From Flavobacteriales bacterium (GTDB taxonomy: Bacteria > Bacteroidota > Bacteroidia > CAIKAF01), in the NCBI GenBank assembly GCA_018401695.1, contig JAGYKD010000001.1, forward strand, positions 348,016 through 412,015: a DNA stretch of 64,000 nt, in the 5' to 3' direction. Each line of letters starts with the position of its first letter. Positions within the stretch are counted from its first letter, which is position 1. The notes beneath the pieces were generated by a model. The model made no database searches. It was not told where the DNA came from and saw only the letters and a list, made by a program, of their open reading frames with translations. A program made the translations under genes and the position numbers. Positions 53,967 through 63,571 of this stretch are shown in pieces.

Positions 53967-55270
53967 GCCTTTCCTAAGGCCTGCTTATAGGTATCTATGG
54001 CACGTTGCCGTGCCATTTTGTGCTCCACCATAGGTTTCGGATAATTCAAGCCGTCTACTTCCGGCACCCACTTCCGTATATACGCTCCTTTGGGGTCAAA
54101 TTTTTGTGCCTGAGTTTCGGGATTAAAGACTCTAAAATAGGGAGAAGCATCACAACCGGTTCCGGCAACCCATTGCCAATTTCCATTGTTGCTGGCCAAT
54201 TCAAAATCAAGCAGCCATCGAGCAAACCAAGCCTCGCCTAAGCGCCAATCCAAAAGCAAATGCTTCACCAAAAAACTCGCCGCAATCATCCGCACGCGGT
54301 TGTGCATAAACCCGGTGGCCTTGAGCTCACGCATCCCTGCATCCACAATAGGATATCCGGTATTTCCCTCGCACCAGCGCTCAAAATCCTCGGCATTGCT
54401 GCGCCAAGGTATGGCATCATATGCGGGACGGTAAGCCCCATCCACTACATGAGGATTGTGCCACAAAATGTGCATAAAAAATTCCCTCCAAGCCAACTCC
54501 TTGGTGAAGGTGAGGCTTAAGGCTTTTGCCCGATTTACCAATTGCCTGGGACTTACGGTCCCAAACCTTAGGTGAATCCCCAAATGCGAAGTCGCATCTA
54601 AAGCCGGAGTATTACGCGTTTCGGCATAATCTCGAATGATTTGGTCCCTCACTTGGGTTGAGGGAAACTCAAAGGCACAGCCTTCAAAACCCATAGAGCT
54701 TAGCCCGGGCATTTGGACTGAACTCATGGTAGCCCATCCCTCAACTTCCCCTGAAGGATACTCCGGAATTCCCTCTCCCTCCAGTTTAGTCAGCCATACT
54801 TTGCTAAAGGGTGTATAAACGGCATAGGGCTTGCCACTGCCGGAAGCAATTTCGTTAGGAGCAAAGAGCACCTGGTCTTTAAAGAAATACGCGGTAGTCC
54901 CCCTGGCTTTAAGAAAGGAGCTTATATGCATATCACGTGTTCTGGCATAGGGCTCATAGTCTTCGTTCGCATAAACGCCCTGAATAGTATACTCGGTGCT
55001 TAAGCTATCCCATACTTCAATGGGTGTACCATAACGTACCTCCATACGGCCTCCCTTGCCTTCTATCTTTTCTTTGATTTGTAAAACTTGACGATGCAAA
55101 AAATTCACCCGGCGATCGTCTGTATCCTCCAACTTTTCGAGAATGTTGCGGTCAAAAATAAACAGGCCAACAACGTTTCCTTCCTTCAAGGCATGGAACA
55201 AACCATGATTATCTTCCAAACGCAAATCGCGACGAAACCAAAAAAAACACACGGGATTATTCATGTGCAT
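53963..55270 (-). CDS. phrB: deoxyribodipyrimidine photolyase / cryptochrome family protein
   Basis: N-terminal FWFRRDLRLEDNHGL and a C-terminal FAD-binding domain (WREFF...GNWQWVAGTG.D). The ORF opens at 55330. Confidence 0.85.
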   Translation of the reverse strand: MHMNNPVCFFWFRRDLRLEDNHGLFHALKEGNVVGLFIFDRNILEKLEDTDDRRVNFLHRQVLQIKEKIEGKGGRMEVRYGTPIEVWDSLSTEYTIQGVYANEDYEPYARTRDMHISSFLKARGTTAYFFKDQVLFAPNEIASGSGKPYAVYTPFSKVWLTKLEGEGIPEYPSGEVEGWATMSSVQMPGLSSMGFEGCAFEFPSTQVRDQIIRDYAETRNTPALDATSHLGIHLRFGTVSPRQLVNRAKALSLTFTKELAWREFFMHILWHNPHVVDGAYRPAYDAIPWRSNAEDFERWCEGNTGYPIVDAGMRELKATGFMHNRVRMIAASFLVKHLLLDWRLGEAWFARWLLDFELASNNGNWQWVAGTGCDASPYFRVFNPETQAQKFDPKGAYIRKWVPEVDGLNYPKPMVEHKMARQRAIDTYKQALGKA

Positions 55271-55756
55271 AGAAGTTCCGAAGTGCCCCGATTGTTCATA
55301 AATAGCAATGAGGCGTCGCCCACTCATCATTCACCGTGCATCAACCGGAGGAAAAACATTTTGGGAGAATCGAAGCAACCCTAAAAAGAGATTTGTATAC
55401 TGGAAGAAGTCGGACTAAGGTAGGCTTATCGCTTAGCAGCCAGTTCCATCAAAAAATTTATCATGCGGAGGGCAATAGTTTCTTCATCTTGTGGCAAGTT
55501 GGGTTGCATAGGGGAAGTATAACTTCTTCTGCTTAGCTGGCTTTGATTGCTGCATGAGTCCCCTTTAAGCAAATATCCGAAAATACCAACATTTAGCCCT
55601 ACCACGACCAAGAGGGCTAAGCCCCAAAAGCACCTAAGAAACAGATTCTTTTTCATGGAAAAAATTAGGATATAAAAGTACGGATTTTTCTAATTGTAGC
55701 AAATTGGGCCTGTTAAACCTCTAAAAAGCTTAAAACAAGATGCCCATATTTGGAAG

Positions 55757-55920
55757 ATAAAGCGCCCCTGACCGAGCCGGTAGCTGTTGGAAGCCCGAGC
55801 CTAGCAGGCCTTAAGCCACGGAGGCCCCAACCTATAATCGGGAGGGGACCCCGTAGGCTTTAGAGCTGCTTGGCTTGGGCAACAACACTAAAGGGGAGGG
55901 CGGGTTAAGGCGCCCAAAAG
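55757..55920 (-). repeat. GC-rich intergenic repeat, copy R8 (subfamily 2)
   Basis: The reverse complement aligns with R7 at about 90% identity over about 165 nt. Confidence 0.85.
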
Positions 55921-55921
55921 T

Positions 55922-55948
55922 CAAAAAAAAACCGCCCTATTGGGCGGC
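55922..55948 (-). terminator. rho-independent terminator of the ppiD-like gene
   Basis: CCGCCC-TATT-GGGCGG stem with an 8-A run (a T-run on the minus strand), directly after the stop. Confidence 0.65.
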
Positions 55949-55953
55949 TCAGT

Positions 55954-58098
55954 TTAAAAAGATGGGAACTTATATCGCTGGTCTTCCACTCGATAAGCAT
56001 TCTCAACGGCAGTAACCGCAGCACGAGGAATGGCCATGCGCAGCTGACCGCTCATTTGCGCGCGCTGTTGCTGATAATCAGGCAAATCCGGGGCAATGTT
56101 TCGTTGATTTGTCACCGCTACAAAAACCCCGGCGTTGCCGCGTATAGGTCCTTGAAGCGCATTGAATGGCGCACCGAACAAATGGCCCACTAAATTTTGT
56201 TCCATGCCCAACTCAGGAATGAAACCATTGGCGGGAATGTTTTCCAAGGTGCTCACCGTAAGGCTTAAAGCTGAGGCTACCTGGTCAATACTTGAAGAAG
56301 AGGCCATAGCTGCTTTCATTTCCTCTTCAAACTTCTCCGCTTTTTTGTTGCGAATGGCGTCTTGGCGAACGCTATAATACACATCTTCAAGGGAAGGCTG
56401 ACGGTTACGGATATTACTCACCAAGCACACCACAAAAGTATTTCCGGCGCTCAGTACGGGCGACACGGCACCTGTTTGGTTTTGCAAAGCCCAACGGGCA
56501 ATTTCGCCGGATTCGTCTAAACCACGTAAGCTTCGGGACGAGGGGTCAATGTCTTCGGGACGAATGGATGCCTTACCTAGGCGCTGTGCTTTCTCAAAGT
56601 AAAGCACGGCGTCGGTATTCTCTATGCCTGCTTCGGAGGCAAACTCAGAGGCCTTTTTGAAGGCTGCGTCGCGGGTTTCTTTGCTGGGTTCAATTTCGCG
56701 CACAATTTGTGCCACCAATACTTTTTTCTTGGCTTCGCTGTAGCGTGTTTGCTTCAGAATATGGAATCCACCGCTGGAATTTGCAGCAATGTAAGGACGT
56801 TCGATAGCCAAATAGGCAGAATCTAAAAACTCAGGAACCTCCGGCATCTTGCGGCTGATCCAACCCAGGTTTCCGGAGTCACGCGCTGCCTCAGGCAATT
56901 CGCTGTATTGCTTGCTTAAAGTCCAAAAGTCGGCACCGGCATCGAGCAAATCCACCAAGCTGTCGCGCAAAGCACGTTTGGCCTCCACTTCTTCCTGACT
57001 GGTGGGCTGTAAAAAGATGTGGTGCATATACATGCTGTCCGGCTCCAAACGCTCAGCCACCTTCTTGGCCAAAACAAACTGTCCACTCTCTACTACCGGT
57101 CCGGCAATGGTGCCGTTTTCGGCGTTAAAGAGCAGAGAATCGAAGGAAGCCGGCAGGGTGTTCTCGGCATAATATTGGGGGTTAGCGTACTTGTCGTCGC
57201 TATTGCTCACAGAAAATAGCGTATCGTTTTCGGTAGTGGCAAACTCAGCTTGAAGTCCCAACAAGTCATTTCGCAAAAGGGCAGAATCGCCGGGAGTAGG
57301 AATGGCCGGGAAAGCTGCATATTGAATGGAACGTCCCGGTTCCATTGTATACTTCCAGGTTTCGTTGCGAAATTGCGCTTTTATGTCTTCATCGGTAACG
57401 GTAACCGCGGTGTCCGGCAGTGAAAAGTAGGAACGAAACACATAAGCTCCGGTCAAATTGTCGCTACCTTCATGATACTGACGCTTGGCCATGCCGGAGG
57501 GCACATAAACGGCTTTTTCGATAAGGTTTAGGTATTTGCCGCTTAAGCGGTCTTCCCGAATGGCTTCTTGGAGTCCGGCCCATTGGCTGCGCGCCTGGTA
57601 AAAGCTACGCTCCTGTTCAGGATCCATTTCGGCAGGAGGATTTGCAAACTGATTATTAAACGAAGCTACCTGATCGGGGTTGAATTGACCGGTAGAAGGA
57701 TCGGTAAAGTATTGAATAATCAAAGGATGCACCGTTTTCCCGGTCAACATATCCTTTAATTCGGCTAAGGTTACCCGCAAACCGGCCTTTTGGTATTCCG
57801 GATGAAAAATGAGGGTGTCTTTTAACTGCTTCCAGGTTTGGTTGGACAATTGCTGTTGCAAATCTTGGTCCATTTCCACCGAGGGGTTAGACATTTGAAA
57901 GTCGTTGACCACCCTATTGTAGAGCATGCTAAAATCGTTGACGTGCACTTCTTGCCCGTCGATGTAAGCTACAGCGGTTTGAGAGCTGTTGCTTGCCAAC
58001 CTGGGGATTAGTTCTCCCAAAATAAAGGCCAGCATAGAAACTCCAATCACCACCAGCAGGAGCGTTCCCCGCTTACGTATGCTACCAATTACTGCCAT
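55954..58098 (-). CDS. periplasmic chaperone / peptidyl-prolyl isomerase (PpiD/SurA-like) with N-terminal membrane anchor
   Basis: N-terminal TM anchor (GTLLLVVIGVSMLAFILG), a SurA-N-like chaperone region and a PpiC-type rotamase domain, over about 714 aa. Confidence 0.75.
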   Translation of the reverse strand: MAVIGSIRKRGTLLLVVIGVSMLAFILGELIPRLASNSSQTAVAYIDGQEVHVNDFSMLYNRVVNDFQMSNPSVEMDQDLQQQLSNQTWKQLKDTLIFHPEYQKAGLRVTLAELKDMLTGKTVHPLIIQYFTDPSTGQFNPDQVASFNNQFANPPAEMDPEQERSFYQARSQWAGLQEAIREDRLSGKYLNLIEKAVYVPSGMAKRQYHEGSDNLTGAYVFRSYFSLPDTAVTVTDEDIKAQFRNETWKYTMEPGRSIQYAAFPAIPTPGDSALLRNDLLGLQAEFATTENDTLFSVSNSDDKYANPQYYAENTLPASFDSLLFNAENGTIAGPVVESGQFVLAKKVAERLEPDSMYMHHIFLQPTSQEEVEAKRALRDSLVDLLDAGADFWTLSKQYSELPEAARDSGNLGWISRKMPEVPEFLDSAYLAIERPYIAANSSGGFHILKQTRYSEAKKKVLVAQIVREIEPSKETRDAAFKKASEFASEAGIENTDAVLYFEKAQRLGKASIRPEDIDPSSRSLRGLDESGEIARWALQNQTGAVSPVLSAGNTFVVCLVSNIRNRQPSLEDVYYSVRQDAIRNKKAEKFEEEMKAAMASSSSIDQVASALSLTVSTLENIPANGFIPELGMEQNLVGHLFGAPFNALQGPIRGNAGVFVAVTNQRNIAPDLPDYQQQRAQMSGQLRMAIPRAAVTAVENAYRVEDQRYKFPSF

Positions 58099-58248
58099 GG
58101 TATCTTGCTTTGCGTCTTTTAGTATAAGGGCACGAATATACAATGAATTTGGCAACCCTCAGCGCCTCCTGCCATTTGCGATGTGCTTTTGTTTGGCTTG
58201 GGTCTACATAGGCTAAGCTAGGGTATATCCTCCGCGGTTTTGAAGAAA

Positions 58249-59577
58249 CTAGTCTTGGCTCATTACCCTCAACTCCACCTCGTCGATTCGGGTGTTGCTC
58301 ACCCGAAGCATGCGCAAAACAAAGCCCGCAGCGTGAATTTCCTGGCCTTGTTGCGGCAAATCCTGATGGTGGTGCAGCACAAAACCGGCCAAGGTCTCAT
58401 ACTCTTCGCTTTCAGGAATGCCTAATTCGTACTTATCGTTTATATAATCTACTTCCAAGCGGCCCGACAAGCGGAACAGCCCTTCTCCCAATTGCACGTC
58501 CACCAGCGCTTCCTTGTCGTGTTCATCCTCAATCTCTCCAAAAATTTCTTCAATGATGTCTTCCAAGGTCAAAATGCCGGCAGTTCCACCATACTCATCA
58601 ACCACCACGGCCACGGAGCGGTGCTGCTGAATAAACAGCGTCATGATGTCTTTAACCAGCATGGTTTCCGGAACAATAAGTACGGGCAACAAAATTTCAC
58701 GAATAGACTGCGGCTTGCGGAACAAGTCGAAACTGTGCACAAAACCAATGATTTCGTCGATGCCCTCCTTGTAAATCATGATTTTGGAATGGCCGGTAGA
58801 GATAAACAAGCGCCTCAGCTCGTCCAATGGGTCTTCTACTTCCAAGGCCGCCAATTCGGTGCGTGGCACCATGCATTCACGGGCTTTAACGCTTGGAAAA
58901 TCCAGGGCATTCTTTAGAATTTTCACTTCATGCTCCACTTCAGCCTGTTCTTCTCGGGCTTCCTCAGTAATTTGGCGCAAATAATACCCCAAATCGGTCT
59001 TCTCTAAGCTTACTGCCTCTTCTTCCGTCTCTACTCTGAGTATGTATTTAAGGATGATTTTACTAACGGCCACCGTAAACGTAACGGGCAAATGGAGCAG
59101 GTAATAAAACAAAGCCATGGGCACCGCCATACTTTTTAGCATGGCGTTGGGGTTGAGGCTAAACACCGATTTGGGCACGTATTCAGCCAAAAACAAAATC
59201 AGCAAAGTAGAAATCAGGGTTTGTGCAATCAACACCGGCAGCTGCACCGAGGTCCCAAAATAACCCATCAGTCCCTGTTCCAGCAGAGGCTCCAGCCATT
59301 TGGCCATAATGAGACTGTAGAGCACCAGCGAAATATTGTTGCCAATAAGCATGGTACCAATAAACCGCGAAGGGCTTTTGGTGACCCGCCCCAGCAATCT
59401 CCCCTGCAAGGAATCGTGAATTTTATCCAACTCCAGCTTGAGCTTATTGCCGCTTACATAGGCAATTTCCACTCCCGAAAAAAAAGCGGACAAGGCAATG
59501 GAAAACAGCAAAATGAACACTTCGACGTAGGTCAACACGGTAGTCAAATAAAAAGTAAAGGTACAAAAGGAATGCAT
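58249..59577 (-). CDS. CNNM/CorC-HlyC family membrane protein (DUF21 plus CBS pair plus CorC_HlyC), possible GldE
   Basis: Four TM helices in DUF21, two CBS domains and a C-terminal transporter-associated domain. In Bacteroidota this architecture corresponds to GldE. The ORF runs upstream into repeat R9. Confidence 0.75.
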   Translation of the reverse strand: MHSFCTFTFYLTTVLTYVEVFILLFSIALSAFFSGVEIAYVSGNKLKLELDKIHDSLQGRLLGRVTKSPSRFIGTMLIGNNISLVLYSLIMAKWLEPLLEQGLMGYFGTSVQLPVLIAQTLISTLLILFLAEYVPKSVFSLNPNAMLKSMAVPMALFYYLLHLPVTFTVAVSKIILKYILRVETEEEAVSLEKTDLGYYLRQITEEAREEQAEVEHEVKILKNALDFPSVKARECMVPRTELAALEVEDPLDELRRLFISTGHSKIMIYKEGIDEIIGFVHSFDLFRKPQSIREILLPVLIVPETMLVKDIMTLFIQQHRSVAVVVDEYGGTAGILTLEDIIEEIFGEIEDEHDKEALVDVQLGEGLFRLSGRLEVDYINDKYELGIPESEEYETLAGFVLHHHQDLPQQGQEIHAAGFVLRMLRVSNTRIDEVELRVMSQD

Positions 59578-59594
59578 GTGGAGGTTAGGGGATG

Positions 59595-59795
59595 TCGGGC
59601 CCCGGCTCCGTAGAATCATGGTCTATTCTATCCGCCCCTGCGGCGGTGCGGCTTCCCCTTGCCCACGCCTGCGCAAGTCTTCCGGGGTCCCCCGTACCTT
59701 CAGGGGCCTCCTCATCCTGCGCATGCGGGGCTCGGGTTTGCCGGCCCCTCTGCCGGGCGGGGGGCCATTCTTTATGGAATTGCTAACCTACAGGC
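59595..59795 (+). repeat. GC-rich intergenic repeat, copy R9 (subfamily 1)
   Basis: Aligns block by block with the reverse complement of R10 (gggccccgg.tcc.tag; ggggtcccccg....tc.ggggcctcctca.cc; gccggcccctc..ccgggc.ggggggccat.ct.tat). Confidence 0.85.
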
Positions 59796-59826
59796 GCGGC
59801 AGTCAGAGACGGGAGGCATCCCGTCT

Positions 59827-60312
59827 CTACCTCATCATCCGCAACACCATGTCGGCCACCGCCGGACAGCAGGCGGCATTTTTGCGGGTTAAATCCAAGA
59901 CTTCTTTCATTTGAGGGTGGTCTGTGTGGGGATACTGCCTGCAAGCTTTTGGTCTGTAATCGTAAACGCTGCAATGCTTGTCTTCGCCCAAAAAGGGACA
60001 GGGAACGCTTTGCAGCACCCAATCACCCTCATCATCTACTCGCAAATACCGGGCTTCGAACTCAGCGGCTTTAAGCCCTAAATGCTTAGCCAACCGTTGA
60101 ATGTCTCGGTCGGTAAACAAAGGACCCACCTCCGAACAACATCGAGCACAGGTCAAACAGTCCATGGCTTCGAAAGTTTGGCGGTGGGCCTCGTGAAATT
60201 GCTTATTCAAGGCACCGGAAGGCTGCTTTTTGAGCGCACGAAACCAAGCGTTTACCAGCTTTTGCTGCGACTTAATGAGTTGGAGTTTGGCTTCTTGCGC
60301 GGCAGCATCCAT
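59827..60312 (-). CDS. YkgJ-family (CxxCxxCC) putative Fe-S/zinc-binding protein
   Basis: CLTCARCCSEVGP and a later CPFLGEDKHCSVYDYRPKACRQYP. The start overlaps the upstream stop (TGATG). Confidence 0.6.
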   Translation of the reverse strand: MDAAAQEAKLQLIKSQQKLVNAWFRALKKQPSGALNKQFHEAHRQTFEAMDCLTCARCCSEVGPLFTDRDIQRLAKHLGLKAAEFEARYLRVDDEGDWVLQSVPCPFLGEDKHCSVYDYRPKACRQYPHTDHPQMKEVLDLTRKNAACCPAVADMVLRMMR

Positions 60313-61169
60313 CAATCCAATATCAGCACCAAATAGTCGCCGGAAGACCAAAAGGCCTTGCTGTCTTTAATCACCAGCTTTTCGACGCCTTTGTCGTTCT
60401 CCACCAATTGATACGAACTTGCCGGGTGCGTGGTAGCTAAACGCACTTTTTTAGCATTTATAGCCAATTCGGTGAAGTTACGCTTGTCCACTTGCGTAAA
60501 GTGGCTCTTGTTGAAATCGTCTTTTAGGCGTGCGCCCGATTTTGCAGTAAACAAACCTCCGGCGGTAATTACCTGCTTATCTTTTAACTCTTTAAATTCA
60601 CCCAAGGTGTAAAACGCCTTGTTCATTTCGTTTTCTTGTTCCTCAATTTTTTGGCCACGGTTGGCGTTCACTACGGCCAGGCTGTCGTAGGATTGAGTAA
60701 CTTCTTGGATTCTAATATTGAGTTGTGCCAATCGGGTTTTGAGGTCTTCAATTTCTACATCTTTGGCCAAGATGGAAGCTTGAAGGCTGGCAATGAGCTC
60801 GTTTAGATTTTTCATTTCGCGAGCATTTCCACGTACTCTTCGGTTGAGCGCTTCGATTTTTGCCTTATTCTCTTCCAACATGGTTTCGAGTTGAAAGAGG
60901 CCATCGGTAATTTGTTCACGGGCATTGTCGCCCAGCTCCGGATTGCTGGCTTCTTGTTCAATGAGGCCTTGGCGCTTTTTCACCTCGTTCATGGCATTTT
61001 GAATGGAGGTAAGGTCTCCGATATAGGAGTCCATTTCTTCTTTGCTGGTTAAGTTGGCCTGTTCCAGACTATCGATTTGGGCTTGCAGCCTTTCTTTTTC
61101 GGGATCTGCTCCACCGCCACAGGCAGCCAGAAGCGATACAGCAAAGAGGGCGATGATGAACTGTTTCAT
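60312..61169 (-). CDS. coiled-coil lipoprotein
   Basis: Lipobox LLAACGGG, about 150 aa of coiled coil, and a conserved C-terminal domain (FYTLGEFKELKDKQVI...). Confidence 0.5.
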   Translation of the reverse strand: MKQFIIALFAVSLLAACGGGADPEKERLQAQIDSLEQANLTSKEEMDSYIGDLTSIQNAMNEVKKRQGLIEQEASNPELGDNAREQITDGLFQLETMLEENKAKIEALNRRVRGNAREMKNLNELIASLQASILAKDVEIEDLKTRLAQLNIRIQEVTQSYDSLAVVNANRGQKIEEQENEMNKAFYTLGEFKELKDKQVITAGGLFTAKSGARLKDDFNKSHFTQVDKRNFTELAINAKKVRLATTHPASSYQLVENDKGVEKLVIKDSKAFWSSGDYLVLILD

Positions 61170-61305
61170 AACTAAGAAATAGGATGTTTATTTAAACAAA
61201 ATTAGTGGCAATTTTACTCATTACCCAATCTGGTCTTATTTTCGTAAATTCCTATAAATCTTGGGGTTTAGGGCACAAGAAACAAAGCCTTACCTTTATA
61301 CATGC

Positions 61306-61758
61306 ATGCATTGGCTAAAAACACAAGCAGAAAAATCAAACCATAAAGCAGCTCAGGACCACTGTCCTTTAGTGGTGTACGATGGCGTTTGTCGATTTTG
61401 CAACGGCTCCGTGCAATGGCTATTAAAGCGTTCCGGAGGAAAAACACTTCGGTTTATGGCTTGGCAAAGTAGCCACAGGTTAAGCTATATGCCCTTTAGC
61501 AAAAAGGAAGAAAGTCCGGAGAGCTTATGGGTTTTGAGTTCCGGGGGACAAAGCTACCGAGGCTCGGAAGCGGCACTCAAACTTGCTGAAATTTTAGGAT
61601 TTCCCTGGCATGTGCTGGCCTTTCCTGCCCGGCTTCTTCCGGTTCCTGCCAGGCAGTGGTTGTATCATCAGTTGGCAGCAAGGCGCTACCGCTTGTTTGG
61701 GAAGCATGCATCCTGTCCCATGCCTTCTCCTGAAGTACGCAAAAAATTCATCTTATGA
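61306..61758 (+). CDS. thiol-disulfide oxidoreductase DCC family protein (DUF393)
   Basis: The signature VVYDGVCRFCNGSVQWLLKR (DGxCxxC). The ORF opens at 61261. Confidence 0.7.
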   Translation: MHWLKTQAEKSNHKAAQDHCPLVVYDGVCRFCNGSVQWLLKRSGGKTLRFMAWQSSHRLSYMPFSKKEESPESLWVLSSGGQSYRGSEAALKLAEILGFPWHVLAFPARLLPVPARQWLYHQLAARRYRLFGKHASCPMPSPEVRKKFIL

Positions 61759-62369
61759 GCAAAAAAGCAGCTTGGATCCTAGCCGCCCTTTTGATTTTTG
61801 CGGCAGGTTTTGGAACCGCCTGGTGGCTAAAACCGGGACCCAAAGTATACCTGGCTCCACCCGAAGGCATGCCTCAGTATTCCCATGATTTAATTTTAGG
61901 CAACCCAAAGGCTCCCAGGCTTGGCTTATACCTAAGTTATCGGTGCCCTTATTGCGAAGCGTTTTACCAGGAGTGTTGGGAGGAATTGTTAAGCGATTAT
62001 GTAGAACGGCAAAAACTTTGCTTGGTATTGCGCTTGATTCCGGGAGCGGGTAGTCCCCATGAACTGCAAGCGGCGCGCTATCTTCAATGCCTTTCCCCGG
62101 AGCATTTGCCCCAAGCCCATACCGCTTTGCAGGAATGGAAGAGCCGCGACAGCCTATGGCCGGAGGAAGCCCTGGCGAACTTTCAAAGTCCGGAGCTAAA
62201 GGCATGCATAGAAAAAGATGCGGTGCGTCGTTCGGTTTTAGCGGCCCAAATTCAAGCCGAAGAAGACGGCATACACCTCACGCCCGCCTTTTGGTTTCCG
62301 AATAAAGTGGTGATGGGCTACGAAGGCAAAAAGGCCTTTTTTGAGCGGGTGAGGGAAATGGTGGAATAG
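61755..62369 (+). CDS. membrane-anchored thioredoxin-fold (DsbA-like) protein
   Basis: N-terminal TM helix, then the thioredoxin-like active site YRCPYCEAF. Translationally coupled to the DCC gene by a 4-nt overlap. Confidence 0.55.
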   Translation: MSKKAAWILAALLIFAAGFGTAWWLKPGPKVYLAPPEGMPQYSHDLILGNPKAPRLGLYLSYRCPYCEAFYQECWEELLSDYVERQKLCLVLRLIPGAGSPHELQAARYLQCLSPEHLPQAHTALQEWKSRDSLWPEEALANFQSPELKACIEKDAVRRSVLAAQIQAEEDGIHLTPAFWFPNKVVMGYEGKKAFFERVREMVE

Positions 62370-63275
62370 TTACTCCATCCCAAACCCCACCCGAAAAGCG
62401 CCACGCACTTGATTGACCTCATAGCCGGTGGCTTGGTCCCCCGGATATAGCTCGGCAATCCTAGCCGACACCTCCGGGCCGGGAATTCCATGGCAGGCCA
62501 TGCACTTTTCTTCGGTAAGTATGGGATAGTAACCCAACACCCGGTTTCCGCGCACCTGCAATTCGGCCGATATTTCTTTTCCCTCGGCGTGGCGGGCTTT
62601 CCAGGCCTCCAAAAGCATGCGCTCTCTTTCGTCGGCTGCATTTAAAGGATTTCGGGGTTTATCGCTTATGCGCCGCACTTCTACTCCTTCGGCTTGGGCT
62701 ACGCTATCGGTAATGGGAAGGGCATGCAGGGTACAAAATTCAATGGCATGCAAGGGGCCACCTTCCTTCATTTTGGCCATCAAGCGTTTGCCTAGAGCGG
62801 CCTTTGTGGCTAAGGCAATGCGTCGGCCTTCTTCCAATCGATCGGTTTTGGAAGCCGTCGCCTCAGACAAAGCCAAAGCTTCGTTTGCCGAATGCTCAAA
62901 CAGCCACTCCGCCACCTCCACTTGTTGTTGCTTGCTGTATCCCATGGCAGGCATAAGGCCGTAAGCCTCTACGGCCTCCGGCATTTTGCTTTTTTCTGCA
63001 CTAGGCTTGGCTAAAAAGTCGGCCATATGCTGCACAAAAGCTTCCTGGTCCGAATAAGCGGTTAACCAAGCCCGGCGCACTTCCTCCAATCGGGGAGCCA
63101 CGCCGGTCGACTCTTCTTCCAAACCATGGCAGGTGGCACAGTTGCTTTGCACCAAAAGCCCACCGGAAGAAGGAGTTGCAGCATCTACCGGGTTAGGCTT
63201 AGAGGAAGTACCCGATGAGCAGGCCCCTAAGCTAAGCGCAAAAACAGAGACAAAAAATAGCTTCATGTGGTTCAT
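62370..63275 (-). CDS. c-type cytochrome lipoprotein with two CxxCH heme-binding motifs (DUF3365-like)
   Basis: Lipobox LSLGACSSG. Heme motifs CATCHG and CMACHG. Confidence 0.7.
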   Translation of the reverse strand: MNHMKLFFVSVFALSLGACSSGTSSKPNPVDAATPSSGGLLVQSNCATCHGLEEESTGVAPRLEEVRRAWLTAYSDQEAFVQHMADFLAKPSAEKSKMPEAVEAYGLMPAMGYSKQQQVEVAEWLFEHSANEALALSEATASKTDRLEEGRRIALATKAALGKRLMAKMKEGGPLHAIEFCTLHALPITDSVAQAEGVEVRRISDKPRNPLNAADERERMLLEAWKARHAEGKEISAELQVRGNRVLGYYPILTEEKCMACHGIPGPEVSARIAELYPGDQATGYEVNQVRGAFRVGFGME

Positions 63276-63309
63276 AGTTCAAAGCTAGGCATCTCTCCGT
63301 TTTGGGACT

Positions 63310-63508
63310 ATGACTTTTGTCACTGATGCTATAGAGGATGGCCCCCCTGCCCGGTGGAGGGGCCGGCGCAGCCAAAGGCCGCGGAGGCCGGCTGAGGAGG
63401 CCCCCGAGCATTCGGGGGACCCCGCAAGCCATGCCTTCCGCGTGCCTTAGGGGGCGACGCACCGGAGCAGGGGCAGGATACGGAGGAACAAACACCCTAT
63501 GGAACCGG
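63310..63508 (-). repeat. GC-rich intergenic repeat, copy R10 (subfamily 1)
   Basis: The reverse complement aligns with R9. Contains the hairpin CCCCCGAA-TGC-TCGGGGG at the position of the R7 hairpin. Confidence 0.85.
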
Positions 63509-63571
63509 GGCCCAAAAACCTTAACTAAACCTTGTATGATTTTTGTTAATTTTGAGTAGAATCTTCGGTTT

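Noticed and set aside
55426-55656. 76-aa ORF (-) with a hydrophobic N-terminus between the photolyase and repeat R8
   Set aside because: It could be a small secreted protein. It has no conserved motif and is short; the coding evidence is too weak to list it as a gene.
49316-55920. Integron attC sites, or IS-element terminal inverted repeats, as the identity of the GC-rich repeats
   Set aside because: No integrase or transposase gene is present in the window. The bracketed genes are core metabolism. The elements are about 170-200 bp and lack clear terminal inverted repeats. REP/MITE-like or structured-RNA explanations fit better, but all remain unproven.
59576-59914. ORFs 59576..59914, 59592..59786 and 59659..59892 (+). 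ORFs 63232..63582 (-) and 63338..63559 (+). ORFs 23214..23441, 9607..9795, 9620..9820, 9651..9872, 12083..12319, 12178..12381, 12193..12423 and 12242..12433. ORFs 36081..36341 and 36280..36474
   Set aside because: All lie inside the GC-rich repeat copies. They are Gly/Ala/Pro/Arg-rich because of GC content, overlap each other in several frames, and have no start context. They are spurious.
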